From: Eledone cirrhosa
Lineage: Eukaryota
Reading direction: 5' to 3'
DNA: 64,000 nt
NCBI GenBank assembly: GCA_964016885.1
Contig: OZ024742.1
Span: forward strand, 209,932,001 to 209,996,000
A model generated the notes under the pieces. It was not told the origin of the DNA. It worked only from the letters and a program-made list of their open reading frames with translations, and did not search any database. Numbering within the stretch: position 1 is the first letter of the stretch; each line of letters begins with the position of its first letter. Below, one piece after another: positions 1-11,940 of the stretch. The translations under genes and the position numbers were made by a program.

Positions 1-30
1 ATTATTATTATTATTATTATTATTATTATT
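1..30. repeat. (ATT)n microsatellite
   Basis: Ten ATT units at the window start, directly 5' of a LINE-like 5' end. Confidence 0.95.
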
Positions 31-680
31 GGCGACCTACGTATGAAATCATATCATCGTGAGCTCCGCAAATGTTTGTTGTTTTCGTTCGTTTAAAATT
101 GCCATTTATGGAAAATTTTTGTTGTTAACTGTTTACAAAGTCACAAAATTTGCTTTCGGAAAAGGACACTCAAAAGGATTGGGGCCTTGAGCCCAAAATT
201 TAAACTTTTATAATTATCAAACAAAAATTTCTTTGAAAAATTCATGGACGACTCACAGCTACGCCAAGCAACTGAGAGCCTTGCTCACAAACTAACACCT
301 CACACCAACACCACCATTGTAAATATTACTACGTTTGCCAACACTAAAAATATAAGCAGTAGCAATAATGTAAATTTTTCTCATGCAGACATTCATTTCC
401 CGCCATTACCAATGACTGCAGGTGTTGAAGCCGCCACCCCACCACCACCACAGTGACAACAGAAACAAAAGAAAAAAATAAATTATCTCGTGACATCGAA
501 ATGGATTCACCCAAAATGGACTCTTCCACACCGAACACCACTGACGCCACCACCACCACAACTGAAACTAAAAATAACAATAACAAAAATAACAATAACA
601 ACAACAGCAACAACAACAATGTGAATAACAATACCGTGTCTTTGCCAAAGCAGCCAAGAAATGCGAAACAATCCAGGTAA
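31..680 (+). mobile_element. 5' remnant (5' UTR plus frameshifted ORF1 N-terminus) of a Tx1-like LINE
   Basis: T-rich leader, then Asn/Thr-rich ORFs 244-456 and 453-680. Near 637-660 a shifted frame reads S-FAKAAK, matching the ISFAQT(A/T/V)K motif that follows the Asn-rich tract in the ORF1s at 32, 39 and 50.7 kb. Confidence 0.5.
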
Positions 681-1364
681 CTCAGGAGGAATTAGATGAA
701 GCCAAGAGAATGGTAAAGAAAGATGGGTACAGGGTCTGCCTCCCCCTCCCCCACCCCCACCCCCATTTAAATAGCTTGATAAATCGCACATCGTGGTAGG
801 CGAAACTAACACACAATATATACCAAAGTGACGATAGAACTAATCAGGTTGAGAAAAGTACACCTGGACAAATCAAACGAACAATCGTTTAAAGTGTTTC
901 TTTGAATCCGAAATCAAATATCAGACTTACGTGAAAGGCAAGCTCATGGTATTGGTGATCGAACGGAGGATTCAGTTTATCAACAGGTTTATCGTTCTTC
1001 CTAGGACCGGAGTGATAAATTATATGTTGCTGCTACATGCTGCTTATCGTATCTATAGTTATCACGTGTTAATTCCGGCAAGGGAAATAACCCCCGGTTT
1101 TAGGCAGTTCATTCAAAATGTTAGCGAAAGGAAATATTTTAATTTACGCTAATCATCATGATAAGCTCTCGACTAGATGTTATAAAACAAACAAAATAAT
1201 TAACCAATCAACAGAATTATCTGATTAAATTAATTAGTTAATTATTAAATCTAGGAGAATAATATAATTGGAAATCAGTAAAATCGAATCTCTGGCGGTT
1301 TGCAAGTAAATTCGGCCTACTTATATGAAATGATGAGTTAGCAAAGCACTCGATAAGATCGGAC

Positions 1365-1366
<2 letters not shown>

Positions 1367-1427
<61 letters not shown>

Positions 1428-1557
1428 ATACTTTGGGAGGGTCATGTTGCCAATAAGATATATATATATATATATATATATACATATTTATGTATATATA
1501 TATATATATATACATATATATATACATAAATATGTATATATATACATATATATATAC

Positions 1558-1639
<82 letters not shown>
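1367..1639. repeat. interrupted (TA)n microsatellite
   Basis: Direct inspection. Confidence 0.95.
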
Positions 1640-1642
<3 letters not shown>

Positions 1643-1931
1643 AACTCTGCTGATTCAGATGTGTGGCATTGACAACTATGGATCTCACTGGCCTGAGGTC
1701 TTGTATCAGGTTACCTGTGAACCTTCACAATATTAAGGAGATCATAGTTCACTAGTTCTCTTTGAACATGGCTGCGACTGTGGCTCCTGAGACCAGATTT
1801 GTTCTTTCCACACTCAGGTCACACCAATTTAATGGAGACACCGTTCGTTTCGAGAGATACACCAGGACATTGCTTACGCACATCCCGTTTGATCTTCTCG
1901 TGCTCTATTTGTCTGTATGTATGTATGTATG

Positions 1932-4900
1932 TACATACATGGTGGCTGCCAACTAGTTTTCGAGTATGGCCACTACTTTATATCCATGTAGGAGAACCCC
2001 TACCGATGCGCTGAACGAGTGTGGCTTATTAGTCCAGCCAGCGACTTGAAAACTCTGGTACAAACACGATACTTGTGACAATTATTGACACCTAGTGCTG
2101 GGCCCATGGTACCATATGACCCAAGGTGTCGTGTGAGATCACTACTCGACCTGCATACCCTTCCACGAACATTACATGTCGTCGTCTGATGAACACTTAT
2201 AGCTCCACAGGTGCCTGCTTCCCTGTTCTTGTGCACTCTCAGGTGACTCTTTAGACCTACCATGCTCAGACAAACCCTATTACAGGTCTCACATGTCAGG
2301 TCAGGCCGTCTGTCAGTGCCCTCGGGAAGGCCAACATGGATTCCTTTCCGGACATCTCTTTTTAGTGTCGCGTGCCTTCTCCTTGTTTCCTCAAATAGAC
2401 TCTTGCCACTAGCCACTGCTTTCTTCCAATGCGATCGGTCGCTAGCGCATGCTTCCCAGTGCCCACAAGGGATGTTACGTTTCTTGAGCGCCCCCTTGAT
2501 GCAGTCCTTAAAACGCATCTTGGGTTTGCTCGCGTTCCTTTTTCCCATTTGGAGCTCGCCATAAAGCAGCTGCTTCGGCATTCGCTTGTGATTTATCCTT
2601 ACAAGATGGCCTGTCCAGCGCAGCTGATGTTTCAAAATCAAGGACTCGACACTATCACAGCCACTTCTGTCCAGAACCTCGACGTCACTGACAAACATTT
2701 ACCAAGTTATGCCGAGGATCCGACGTAAGCAGTACTGGTGGAACCTCTCAAGTCGCTTCATCTGTCTACGGCAGACCACCCACGTCTCACAAGCATAAAG
2801 AAGTGCCGCGAGCACACACGCATGATACACTTTGAGCTTTGTCTTTACCGAAATTCCGTGTTGAGACCAGAGACGCTTGTTCAGTTTTACAAAAGCATCA
2901 CTGGCTTTCTGTATCCCGTTTGATATTTCTCCATCAAGATCGCAGGACATACTCAGAGTGCTTCAAAGATATACAAAACTGCCAACGACCCTTAGCCTTT
3001 CACCATAAACCAAGATGTTGGACTCACAACATGGCTTCCCAGGGGCTGGTTGGTACATGGCTACTGTCTTTTTCAGGCTTATGGTAAGTCCCAATGCAGT
3101 AGACGCATTAGAAAATGCATCCATGAGATGCTGCATATCAATCTCCGTGTGCGCTACCAGGTCACAGTCATCTGCATAAAGCAAATCCCTGATTAGTGAC
3201 AAGTGAACCTTTGACTTAGCATTGAACCTCCTGATATTAAACAGCTTTCCAGTTGATCGATAGCGAACATATATACCATGATTGCAGTTCCCGAAAGCCT
3301 GTTCGAAGACAATGGAGAAGTACAAAGCAAAGAGCGTTGGAGCTGGAATGTCACCCTGTTTGACTCCATTCTCGACCGTCACCGGCTCAGAGAGCTTACC
3401 ACCAACATTTACCCATGCCTTCATGTCATCATGAAACAAACGCAAAATGGAAACAAACTTCTCAGGGCACCCCAGCTTCCTCAAGATATCCCATAAAGCC
3501 TTTCTGTTGACCGTGTCAAACGCCTTTGTCAGATCAACAAACACCTGGTAGAGATCCACATTCTGCTCAACACACTTTTCCTGCAGTTGTCTAGCTGTAA
3601 AGATCATGTCCACAGTGCCACACCCAGCCCGAAAGCCCGATTGCGACTCTGGTAGAGCTTCATCAGCAATGTGGAGCAATAGACGGTCCAACAGAATTCT
3701 ACAGAGAACTTTGCCGACAACAGACAACAGTGATATCCCACGATAGTTTCCGCAGTTATCCCTGTCTCCCTTTCTCTTGTACAAAACAACCATCAAAGCA
3801 TCCTTCCAGTCATCGGGAACATGATTGTTGTTCCAGGCATCCAGAACCAAAGAATGAAGTTGGTGCACGAGATTCTCTCCACCGTGCTTCAAGATCCCAG
3901 CATACAGCCCATCCAATCCAGGCGACTTCCCACCATTGAGTTTCCTGACAGCACTTTTAACCTCCTCGATCGTTGGAGGCTCAGCAAAGATTTCCTTTAC
4001 TGGCTTATCAGGTATGGACCTGATAAACTCTTCGTCAACCTCTGAATCTTTATTGAGAAGCTCGTCAAAGTGTTCCCGCCATCTCAACAGGATATCATTG
4101 GGATCTCTAAGGAGCTGATTGCCATCCTTTGTTCTAAGAGGCGCAACTGGTGATGTAGGTGGTCCATACATTTCACGAAGAAGATTATACATTGCCTTCA
4201 CATCCGACGCAAGTTGTATTTCATCGGCTTTGTCATTCCACCACTTATTCTTCATTTCACGTAATTTTCGTTGCACATCAGCTTTTACGAGCTTCAGCTT
4301 ATCAGCGATTTCCTTCTGCCGATCGGTGCTTAAATCACTACCAAGCAATGCGGAGTGGAGCATATGTTTCTCCTCCAAAAGCTTGTCTATAAGCTTGTCA
4401 CTTTGGTCAAACCAATCCTGATGCTTCTTATCCGTGAATCCAACAACATCAGCAAATGCCCCATAAACTGCCTCCTTAAAGGAAGTCCAGTCATTTCCGC
4501 ACTCTAACGCATCCATCTCTTTAACCAGATTTTCTCTGACTTCAGGATCCTTCAGACGAGCAACGTTCAGCCGTTGCGGAAGTGTTACCCCTCGCCGTTT
4601 CTCCCTTTTACGAACTACACATCTTGCTCTTGCTCTCACCCGACGATGGTTGGTACAACACTCTGCCCCACGCATCACACGAACACTGCACAGATTCTGT
4701 ACATCCCGCAGCCCCACAAGGACATAATCAATCAGGTGCCACTGTTTCGATCCAGGATGCATCCATGTTATCTTGCATTTGTCCTTCTGTTTGGACATAG
4801 TGCTGCCAATGAACAAGTCCAGCTCAGTGAACATTTGCAATAACAATAGTCCATTGCCATTGCACTTTCCGATCCCATGCTTTCTCAGAGCTCTCCAGGT

Positions 4901-6012
4901 CTCACAATCACGGCCCACGCGAGCATTAAAATCTCCAAGAATGAAAATTTTGTCTGCTGCAGGCACTTTCCAGACAAGAGACCTTAATTCGTCATAAAAA
5001 GCCTGCTTTGCTTCATCCATGCATTCCATAGTTGGTGCATAAGCACCAATCACGGTTGCATATCTTCCACCCTCTAGACGAACTCTCACAGTGATCAGTC
5101 TGTCACTAACGCCCGTCGACAGCTCCTGAAGATGGTCTGTTATAACTGTTTTTATGGCAAAAGTGACACCAGCTTCCCTCGTCCCCTCCTTCCTTCCCCT
5201 CGAGAAAAACGTATATCCACCGGATTTCTCTGTGAAACGGCCCTCACCATGAAGTCGAGTTTCTGAGAGGGCCACAACATCCATATCATAACGCCTGTGC
5301 TCCTTAGCAACCAATGCCAATCTTCTTTCAGGTCGCTGTACATTTGTTTCAATATCAAGCAAAGCACGCACATTCCAGCACCCAAAATTGAGTGGTTTGC
5401 ACACAACAGACTGATGACGACCGGGCCCAGACTGCGGCGCCCTGGGACACCTGCCGGGCCAGACCCTTTCACATGATGCTGATCCAGAGCCCTTATTGCC
5501 ATTTACTTCAATTGTGTTAGGTACCTTCATTGTAATGTAGTTTGCCTTTTTAGGCTACGGCCAGCTAGAGTTCCACATCATGATGACAAGTGCAGAGAGA
5601 TCTCCAGATATAAAGCAATACCTGTGCTGTGAAGCTTTTATAGTGAGCAAAGGCACTGCACAAACCCAGTCCCACTCTCTTAACCAAGATGATATTTACC
5701 AAAAAGAAGAACAAGTCAACATCATTGGATACCATCAGAGTTGCAGGTGTTATATCAGAGTTTTCCTTGGCCTAGAATTCTGCCTTGACAAAGGCTAAGG
5801 GGTCATCTCTCCCGGTGATTTTGGATGGCCATTGACTCTTAAGAGCTCCTTTGCCCTTTGACAGGTTTTGCTTTTACTCCTGCGGGATGTCCAAAGTCAC
5901 CCTCCTCACCCAGAAACCTTGGTGGGGTTGCCAGATTAGTCGCCAACAACCCGACCATGGGACAGGTTGTACTGGGATACATGTTACCAGTAGCACCAAC
6001 TGGTGACCTGAC
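1932..6012 (-). mobile_element. near full-length RTE-clade LINE
   Basis: Single APE+RT coding region with a ~480-nt 5' UTR, a short 3' UTR ending GGCAGCCACC-ATGTATGTA, and an (ATGT)n 5' flank. Confidence 0.93.
2000..5530 (-). pseudogene. RTE polyprotein (AP endonuclease, reverse transcriptase, C-terminal C2H2-like fingers), disrupted
   Basis: The 855-aa ORF has WNVR, ALSET, GDFNA, IDYV, NYRGISLL, FVDLTKAFD, GVKQG and LYADD. It continues through a frameshift near 2955 and a stop at 2699-2701 into ORFs 2699-2950 and 2000-2698 (LRWTGH..R.PKQLLYGEL). Confidence 0.92.
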
Positions 6013-6060
6013 ATAAATACATACATACATACATACATACATACATACATACATACATAC
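6013..6060. repeat. (CATA)n microsatellite
   Basis: Direct inspection; it separates the RTE 5' end from the 3' end of the derivative. Confidence 0.95.
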
Positions 6061-6474
6061 ATGGTGGTGGCTGCCAACTCGTTTTCGAGTACGGCCACTA
6101 CTTTATATCCATGTAGGAGAACCCCTACTGATGCGCTGAACGAGTGTGACTTTTTAGTCCAGCCAGCAACTTGAAAACTTTGGTACAAACACTACACTTG
6201 TGACAATTACTGACACATAGTGCTGGGCCCATTGTACCCTGTGATGACAAGTGCAGAGAGATCTCCAGATATAACGCAATGTCTGTGCCGTGAAGCTTTT
6301 ATAGTGAGCAAAGGCACTGCACAAAGCCAGTCCCACTCTCTTAACCAAGATGATATTTACCAAAAAGAAGAACAAGTCAACATCATTGGATACCATCAGG
6401 GTTGCAGGTGCTATATCAGAGTTTTCCTTCTCCTAGAATTCTGCCTTGACAAAGGCTAAGGGGTCATCTCTCCC
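6061..6474 (-). mobile_element. non-autonomous bipartite RTE derivative (5' UTR segment fused to the 3' end)
   Basis: 6061-6240 matches 1940-2115 and 6242-6474 matches 5581-5812 of the adjacent RTE. (CATA)n flanks both sides. Confidence 0.9.
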
Positions 6475-6541
6475 ATACATACATACATACATACATACAT
6501 ACATACATACATACATACATACATACATACATACATACATA
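6475..6541. repeat. (CATA)n microsatellite
   Basis: Direct inspection. Confidence 0.95.
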
Positions 6542-9500
6542 ACAGTCAACGCGATCAGTCGCATATTTTGGCGTGGGAGACTATTTTTTAAATTTAAGAT
6601 GAATACTATCTTCGACAGTAATACCACAACTACAGTCATGATGAATAACTGCTTATTCTTCTAACTATATCTTCTGAAGACACCTTTTATTCGAATTCGT
6701 AGAGATATCCGACTAAATACATAATTCATTTTACAAGGATTTGCTACAAAAAGCATGGCTGGACACGACATCAACAACAAAATTAAGGAAGTATCGAAAA
6801 CAAACAACAAGAAAGGTAAACAAACTTTATTCAGTTGTAGCTATAGAAGAAACCGAAATTATAAATCGCATTTCTCTTGGAGTTGCGAACTTAGTAATGA
6901 TTTATTTAATTGTTATAAAATGGCAAAAAACAATCCCTCCATTGGCTATATGAACATAATGAAGCTACACTGGGACGAAATGCACCCAGAGCTAAATTAT
7001 TTCACAGCGAAACAATTACCCCAACAAGCGGCGTTTGTTGAACGTAAAAATAAGATAAATATTATTAATTGTAAGTCCCTACAACAAACATGGGATCAAC
7101 AACACGTGCTACAGGTCGCCATGCTACTAAACTTCCTAGCAGCCAGGTCGAACAGCGCCTTGAAACAACTGTGCCTGTAAGAAACTTGACACCACCTGTA
7201 CCATCTAAGTCTACCTTGAATGCTTGGGAAAACACTATCCATAATAATAATAATCGAAGAAATTAGACACCACGTATAACATCCGCGTCTACTTCGACTG
7301 TTGTGGAAAATACTATCGATAATGATAATAATCAAAAGTATAAACAATTGAAAATTTCCCTCAACGAAATCTTCCAGAGAGAAATTAATTCATGTATAAA
7401 TATCTCTATTGCTGAACGTATCAAAACGACAATGTTTGATAAAAAAAAAAAAAAAAAAGCATTATCTTGGTGATAGCAGAGATATTAACAAGAACAGAAC
7501 ACCACCAAAAATACCATCATATATAACTAAAATAGAAAAAAAAATTGCTGACCTACGAAAAACCATAGGATATGTGACAATGCTCCTTACATGCAAAAGA
7601 ACACACAAAAACTTCACTCATCACCAACAAAGAGTGAAAAATAAAATAGAGACGATGTTTGGTAACAGTAGAACCAGAACTCTTCAATATAAGCTGATCA
7701 CCCTCAAACAAGAATTGAGAGCTGTTAGCGAAAAACGTCGATACATGAAGAAGGTAGATGAGAGAAAAGTGCTTAATAAAAAAATTCAGACGAAACCAAA
7801 CATCAGTCTATAGAGATATGAAGAACAAAATAATAAGTGTCACTGAGGCCCCATCCCAGAAAGACATAGATTCCTTTTGGAGAAAAATATGGGGTGAAAA
7901 GAAGAATTTCAACCAAGATGCAGTGTGGCTAAGAGAAATCCGAAAGAACTATTGCTCCTACACTACAACAAAACCATACGAAATAAGTAAGTGAGGGTAC
8001 CCTTGAGACTGTGATAGGAAAACTCCAAGATAAGAAAACACCAGGAAGAGACTTGATTGTCGGCTACTGGTACAAAAAACTGATATTCTATCGGAGGTAT
8101 CTTACTGACCTCTACCAACAAGTTCCTAAGGGAGATACACTTATACCAGAATGGTTGACATTAGCACAAACATTACTGGTCCCCAAGAACAAAGACACCC
8201 ACTTGGCAAAAAACTACCGACCCATTGCATGCCAGAACCTGATGTATAAGATGTATACAGCCTGCCTGAACCTATTCCTCCAAGATCACTGAAAATAATA
8301 ACAGTATCACAGATGAACAAGCAGCTGGAAAGAAAGGGGTTTGGGGATGTGCTGAACAACTCCTAATCAACAAAACTTTGATGTCGGAGGTGCGACAACT
8401 TAGGAGGAATATGGCTACAGTCTGGCTGGACTACAGGAAAGCTTTCGATTCTGTTCCCCACTCTTGGATGATAGAGGCCCTCCAACTTGCTAAAGTCCCA
8501 GACATTATTGTCAGAGCCATAGAGAGGCTACTATCCTAAGGTTAAAGACAGAGAGGGAGGACTCTATTTTCACTAATAAAATAAAATATCGCAGGGGTAT
8601 ATTTCAGGGGGACAGTCTGTCTGTGATATTATTCATCTTGTCATTAAACCCCTTGTACCTTGTGATCAAGAAATTTGAGGGATACATCATTGGCTCACAG
8701 GACAGAAATACGAACCTAACCCATAATTTCTTTGTGGACGATCTGAAACTCTTTGCCAAGAACGTGGATGGGATGAAGAAAAATCTTGACCAGGTTACAA
8801 CGTTCTCAAAGGATATAGGAATGGAGTTTGACCAAGATAAATGCTCATTCATGACTGTAAAGCGGGGAAAAACAACAACCCAATCTAGCAACATTGTCAT
8901 CAATGGCCTAACTGTTTCACCGATATCTCATGAGGACTGCTACAGATACCTGGGGATAGATGAGAACATATCCTATAATGGTATCTGTAATAAGTAACGC
9001 GTAACCAGGGAATACTACAACCGATTAAGAAAGATTTGGTCATCGGAACTCTCTGCGCAAAAACAAAGGAACTCCTCGAGTTGGGAAGGAACTCCTCGAG
9101 AGATATTCCCTGTGTGATAGTCAAAAACTCACACCCAGGGAAGTCGCTCAGCAGTATCGCAGTGAATCCATGGATGAAAAACTGCATACAAATAATCATA
9201 CATGGATATGTTGCCAGGAAGCTCCAGAGTGAGAGTAATATAGATAAGGAAAGTAGTCTATCTTGGACCAACAACCGCTATATTGGCTACCACTTTGAAG
9301 GATACGCTTTTGCAATCCAAGAACAAGAGATTAACATGAAATACCTGATTCACAAAAAAGATAGGGATACAGGCAAAACACCTAGATGTGCTAACAAGTG
9401 CAGACTCTGCAGAACTAACATCGACGATACCACCCATGTCATCAGCAGCTGTCCAAAGATGTCATCGCGATACTATCTACCTATGAGGCATGATGTAGTG

Positions 9501-10012
9501 GCCAAAACATTGTACAATGCAGTCCGTAAAAAAGATAGCCCCGATAATAAACACATTAAAAGCTACAGCAATGTGGAAGACACCCATGTACATAATATGA
9601 AAGAGTACTTCAGATTTATGCCTGTGATTATTGGGGCACTGGGGTATGTTAGTAACTGCTTCAATACAAATCTTGAGAAGCTAGGCTTCACGGGAACAGA
9701 AAGAACACAACTAGTTAGGAATTTACAAGTACAATCCATTAATGGAACAGTAAAAATATGTAAAACATTCCAAAAATGTTTGCATCTAATAACTGCAGAT
9801 ACACATGTACAGATACAAAGCATATACACATGCACACATACAACTCAAAACATCCACATCCACACATACAATAACATCCATATATACACATTCATGCATG
9901 CATACATAATCTACCTAGTTGATGTGTAAATTCCAATGAGAGAGTCTTGTGTCTATGTTAGAAACCGACTCTCTCTCTATTGGGAAAAAGTTTGTGAAAT
10001 TATAAAACCAGA
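6542..10012 (+). mobile_element. degenerate R4/Dong-clade LINE (RT plus RLE-type C-terminus)
   Basis: Fragments read KTPGRDLI..YWYKK, KNYRPIAC, WLDYRKAFDSVPH, RGIFQGDSLS, FFVDDLKLFA, YRYLG, CRLC...HVISSC, RHDVVAK and PVIIGALG. The PD-(D/E)xK core appears deleted near 9605. The element ends in CATACATAC. Confidence 0.88.
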
Positions 10013-11940
10013 ACATACATACATACTTATATGAGACTTCCGAAAAGAGATTATTGTATTAAATGGAATAACGTAATCGTTCCAGTGGAGCGTCTCTCAT
10101 TTCCACTTCAATAGACATGGCGGTGTGGTGTGATGTGGTGAGGTGGGTTAATAGGGGAGGATATGTTGTTTATCTTGTAGAAGGGAAATGCTAATGGTAT
10201 ACAGTATATAATATCTGGTTTTGGAATTATGGTGGTGGTTGCGGTGATAGCGGGGGTGATAGTGGTTTTGCTGGCCATAGTAATGAAGGTTATAATATTA
10301 GTGGTGGTGAGGATATTGTTGTTGTCGTTTAGCCCCACGTCAACCCAAATCTAGTAATACTGTGTTGATCATAGACATTCCAACCATGACTTCCCGTTCT
10401 CACAGGTATCGGATATTTATAACTACTGTCCAACGTGTTTCTCCATATTCCAGACGGTATGGGCTTGTTATTTCTAACAGGTCAACGACAGCGAAGAGGT
10501 TCTTTCGTTCGCTCATTGTTGTTGTTCTTGTTCCTGTTCTCGTCCTTGTTGGTGGTGTTTGAGGTGGAGGTCAATGTGGCACTAGTTACCATGGTGAGGA
10601 TAACGATAAGATATTTTGTGTCAGTGGCGGCGGCGGTGGTGATGGTGGTGGTGATGGTGGTGGTGAGTATACTAGGCATCGCATCAAGGTAAAGGTAGTG
10701 GAAATGAAGGCTTGTGAAAGTAACTAATTATTGATTTTAACTACAAAATAGAGGAACAATGGAAAACAATTAAAACGTTATTTTTTTCTAAGTTTCCCAT
10801 TTCAACGCCAGTCATTTTGTTTCTGTTTTTGGCGTTTCGTTTTTCACTATGTTGTGTATGTTTGTGTCTATGTTTTTCATTTTGTTTTATGATGTTGTTG
10901 CTGCTTCCGTTATCTTTGCTGTTTCTGTTCTTGTTGTTTACTGTTGTGTGTTTTTCATCCTATTAGCTTTTATGTAAATGAGAATTCTGAAGCAAAGATA
11001 AATAAGGCTGCATTAAAGCAAAAGATAAACAGACAAACATTAAACCATCTTAATGGTATTAAATGATTCAAAAGGTATTTTTTCTCAATGGACCAATTCT
11101 TATGATCGTTCATTGTGTTCCAACTACACTTTTTCTTGAATACCCTATGCAGCTTATAAAGAATGCCTCAACACATATTTAGACAGAATTTTTATTTTCT
11201 AGAGTAGAACTCAATAATGGTTCAGCAACGCGCCAGCTACAACACTCGGTCATCAGAAGGTAGGAGCTATGTGTAAAAACCAAACACACTATCTTCAATT
11301 CGGTGTTCGGGCCTACGAACACATATGACCAGGAATCTTCGATGATAACCGAACGAATACGATCGCGAATATAAGGATTCCTCCGAACGGTCTTTGAAAT
11401 AAGGTTACTCAATAGTCTATTTAGCTCGGTGATCAAGGAGTCACTCCGGGTAGAGCTGCTATTTCTTCGAACCGAGATATCACAGAAAAGAATCGCTGGA
11501 CAGATTTTACAGGAAAAACCAACCGGTATAAAACCCAAGAAGGAGCTCAGTAATTGTTACAACATACGAAATTTTCCATAATCTAATCTCGCATCCACTT
11601 CCAGTTAGATTAGGAACACATAATGCTTCCACGTGAAAAAAAAAGGGCATTTGTTATATACTGCCTCTCACTAGGAGAAACAGTATATTACAAATGAGAG
11701 GATACAATTACCTTCTATTGAACTGAGAGAAGTTACATCTTATGTAATCAACAATTGCAACTATTTCTATAATTTATTATTTTCTCAAAACGAAATATCA
11801 TTACATTGTCATATGTCTTCTTTTCTCATCAACAACTAACCAAGGAACAATATTAAGTGTATCAACAAGACAAGACTCTGATAGCCGAACCCTCAAGTCT
11901 TGGATATTGTGGGTAATCGTTTAATAATAATAATAATAAT

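Noticed and set aside
11200-11580. Coding-like stretch on the plus strand with stops
   Set aside because: No recognisable motif; it may be an old TE remnant but cannot be assigned.
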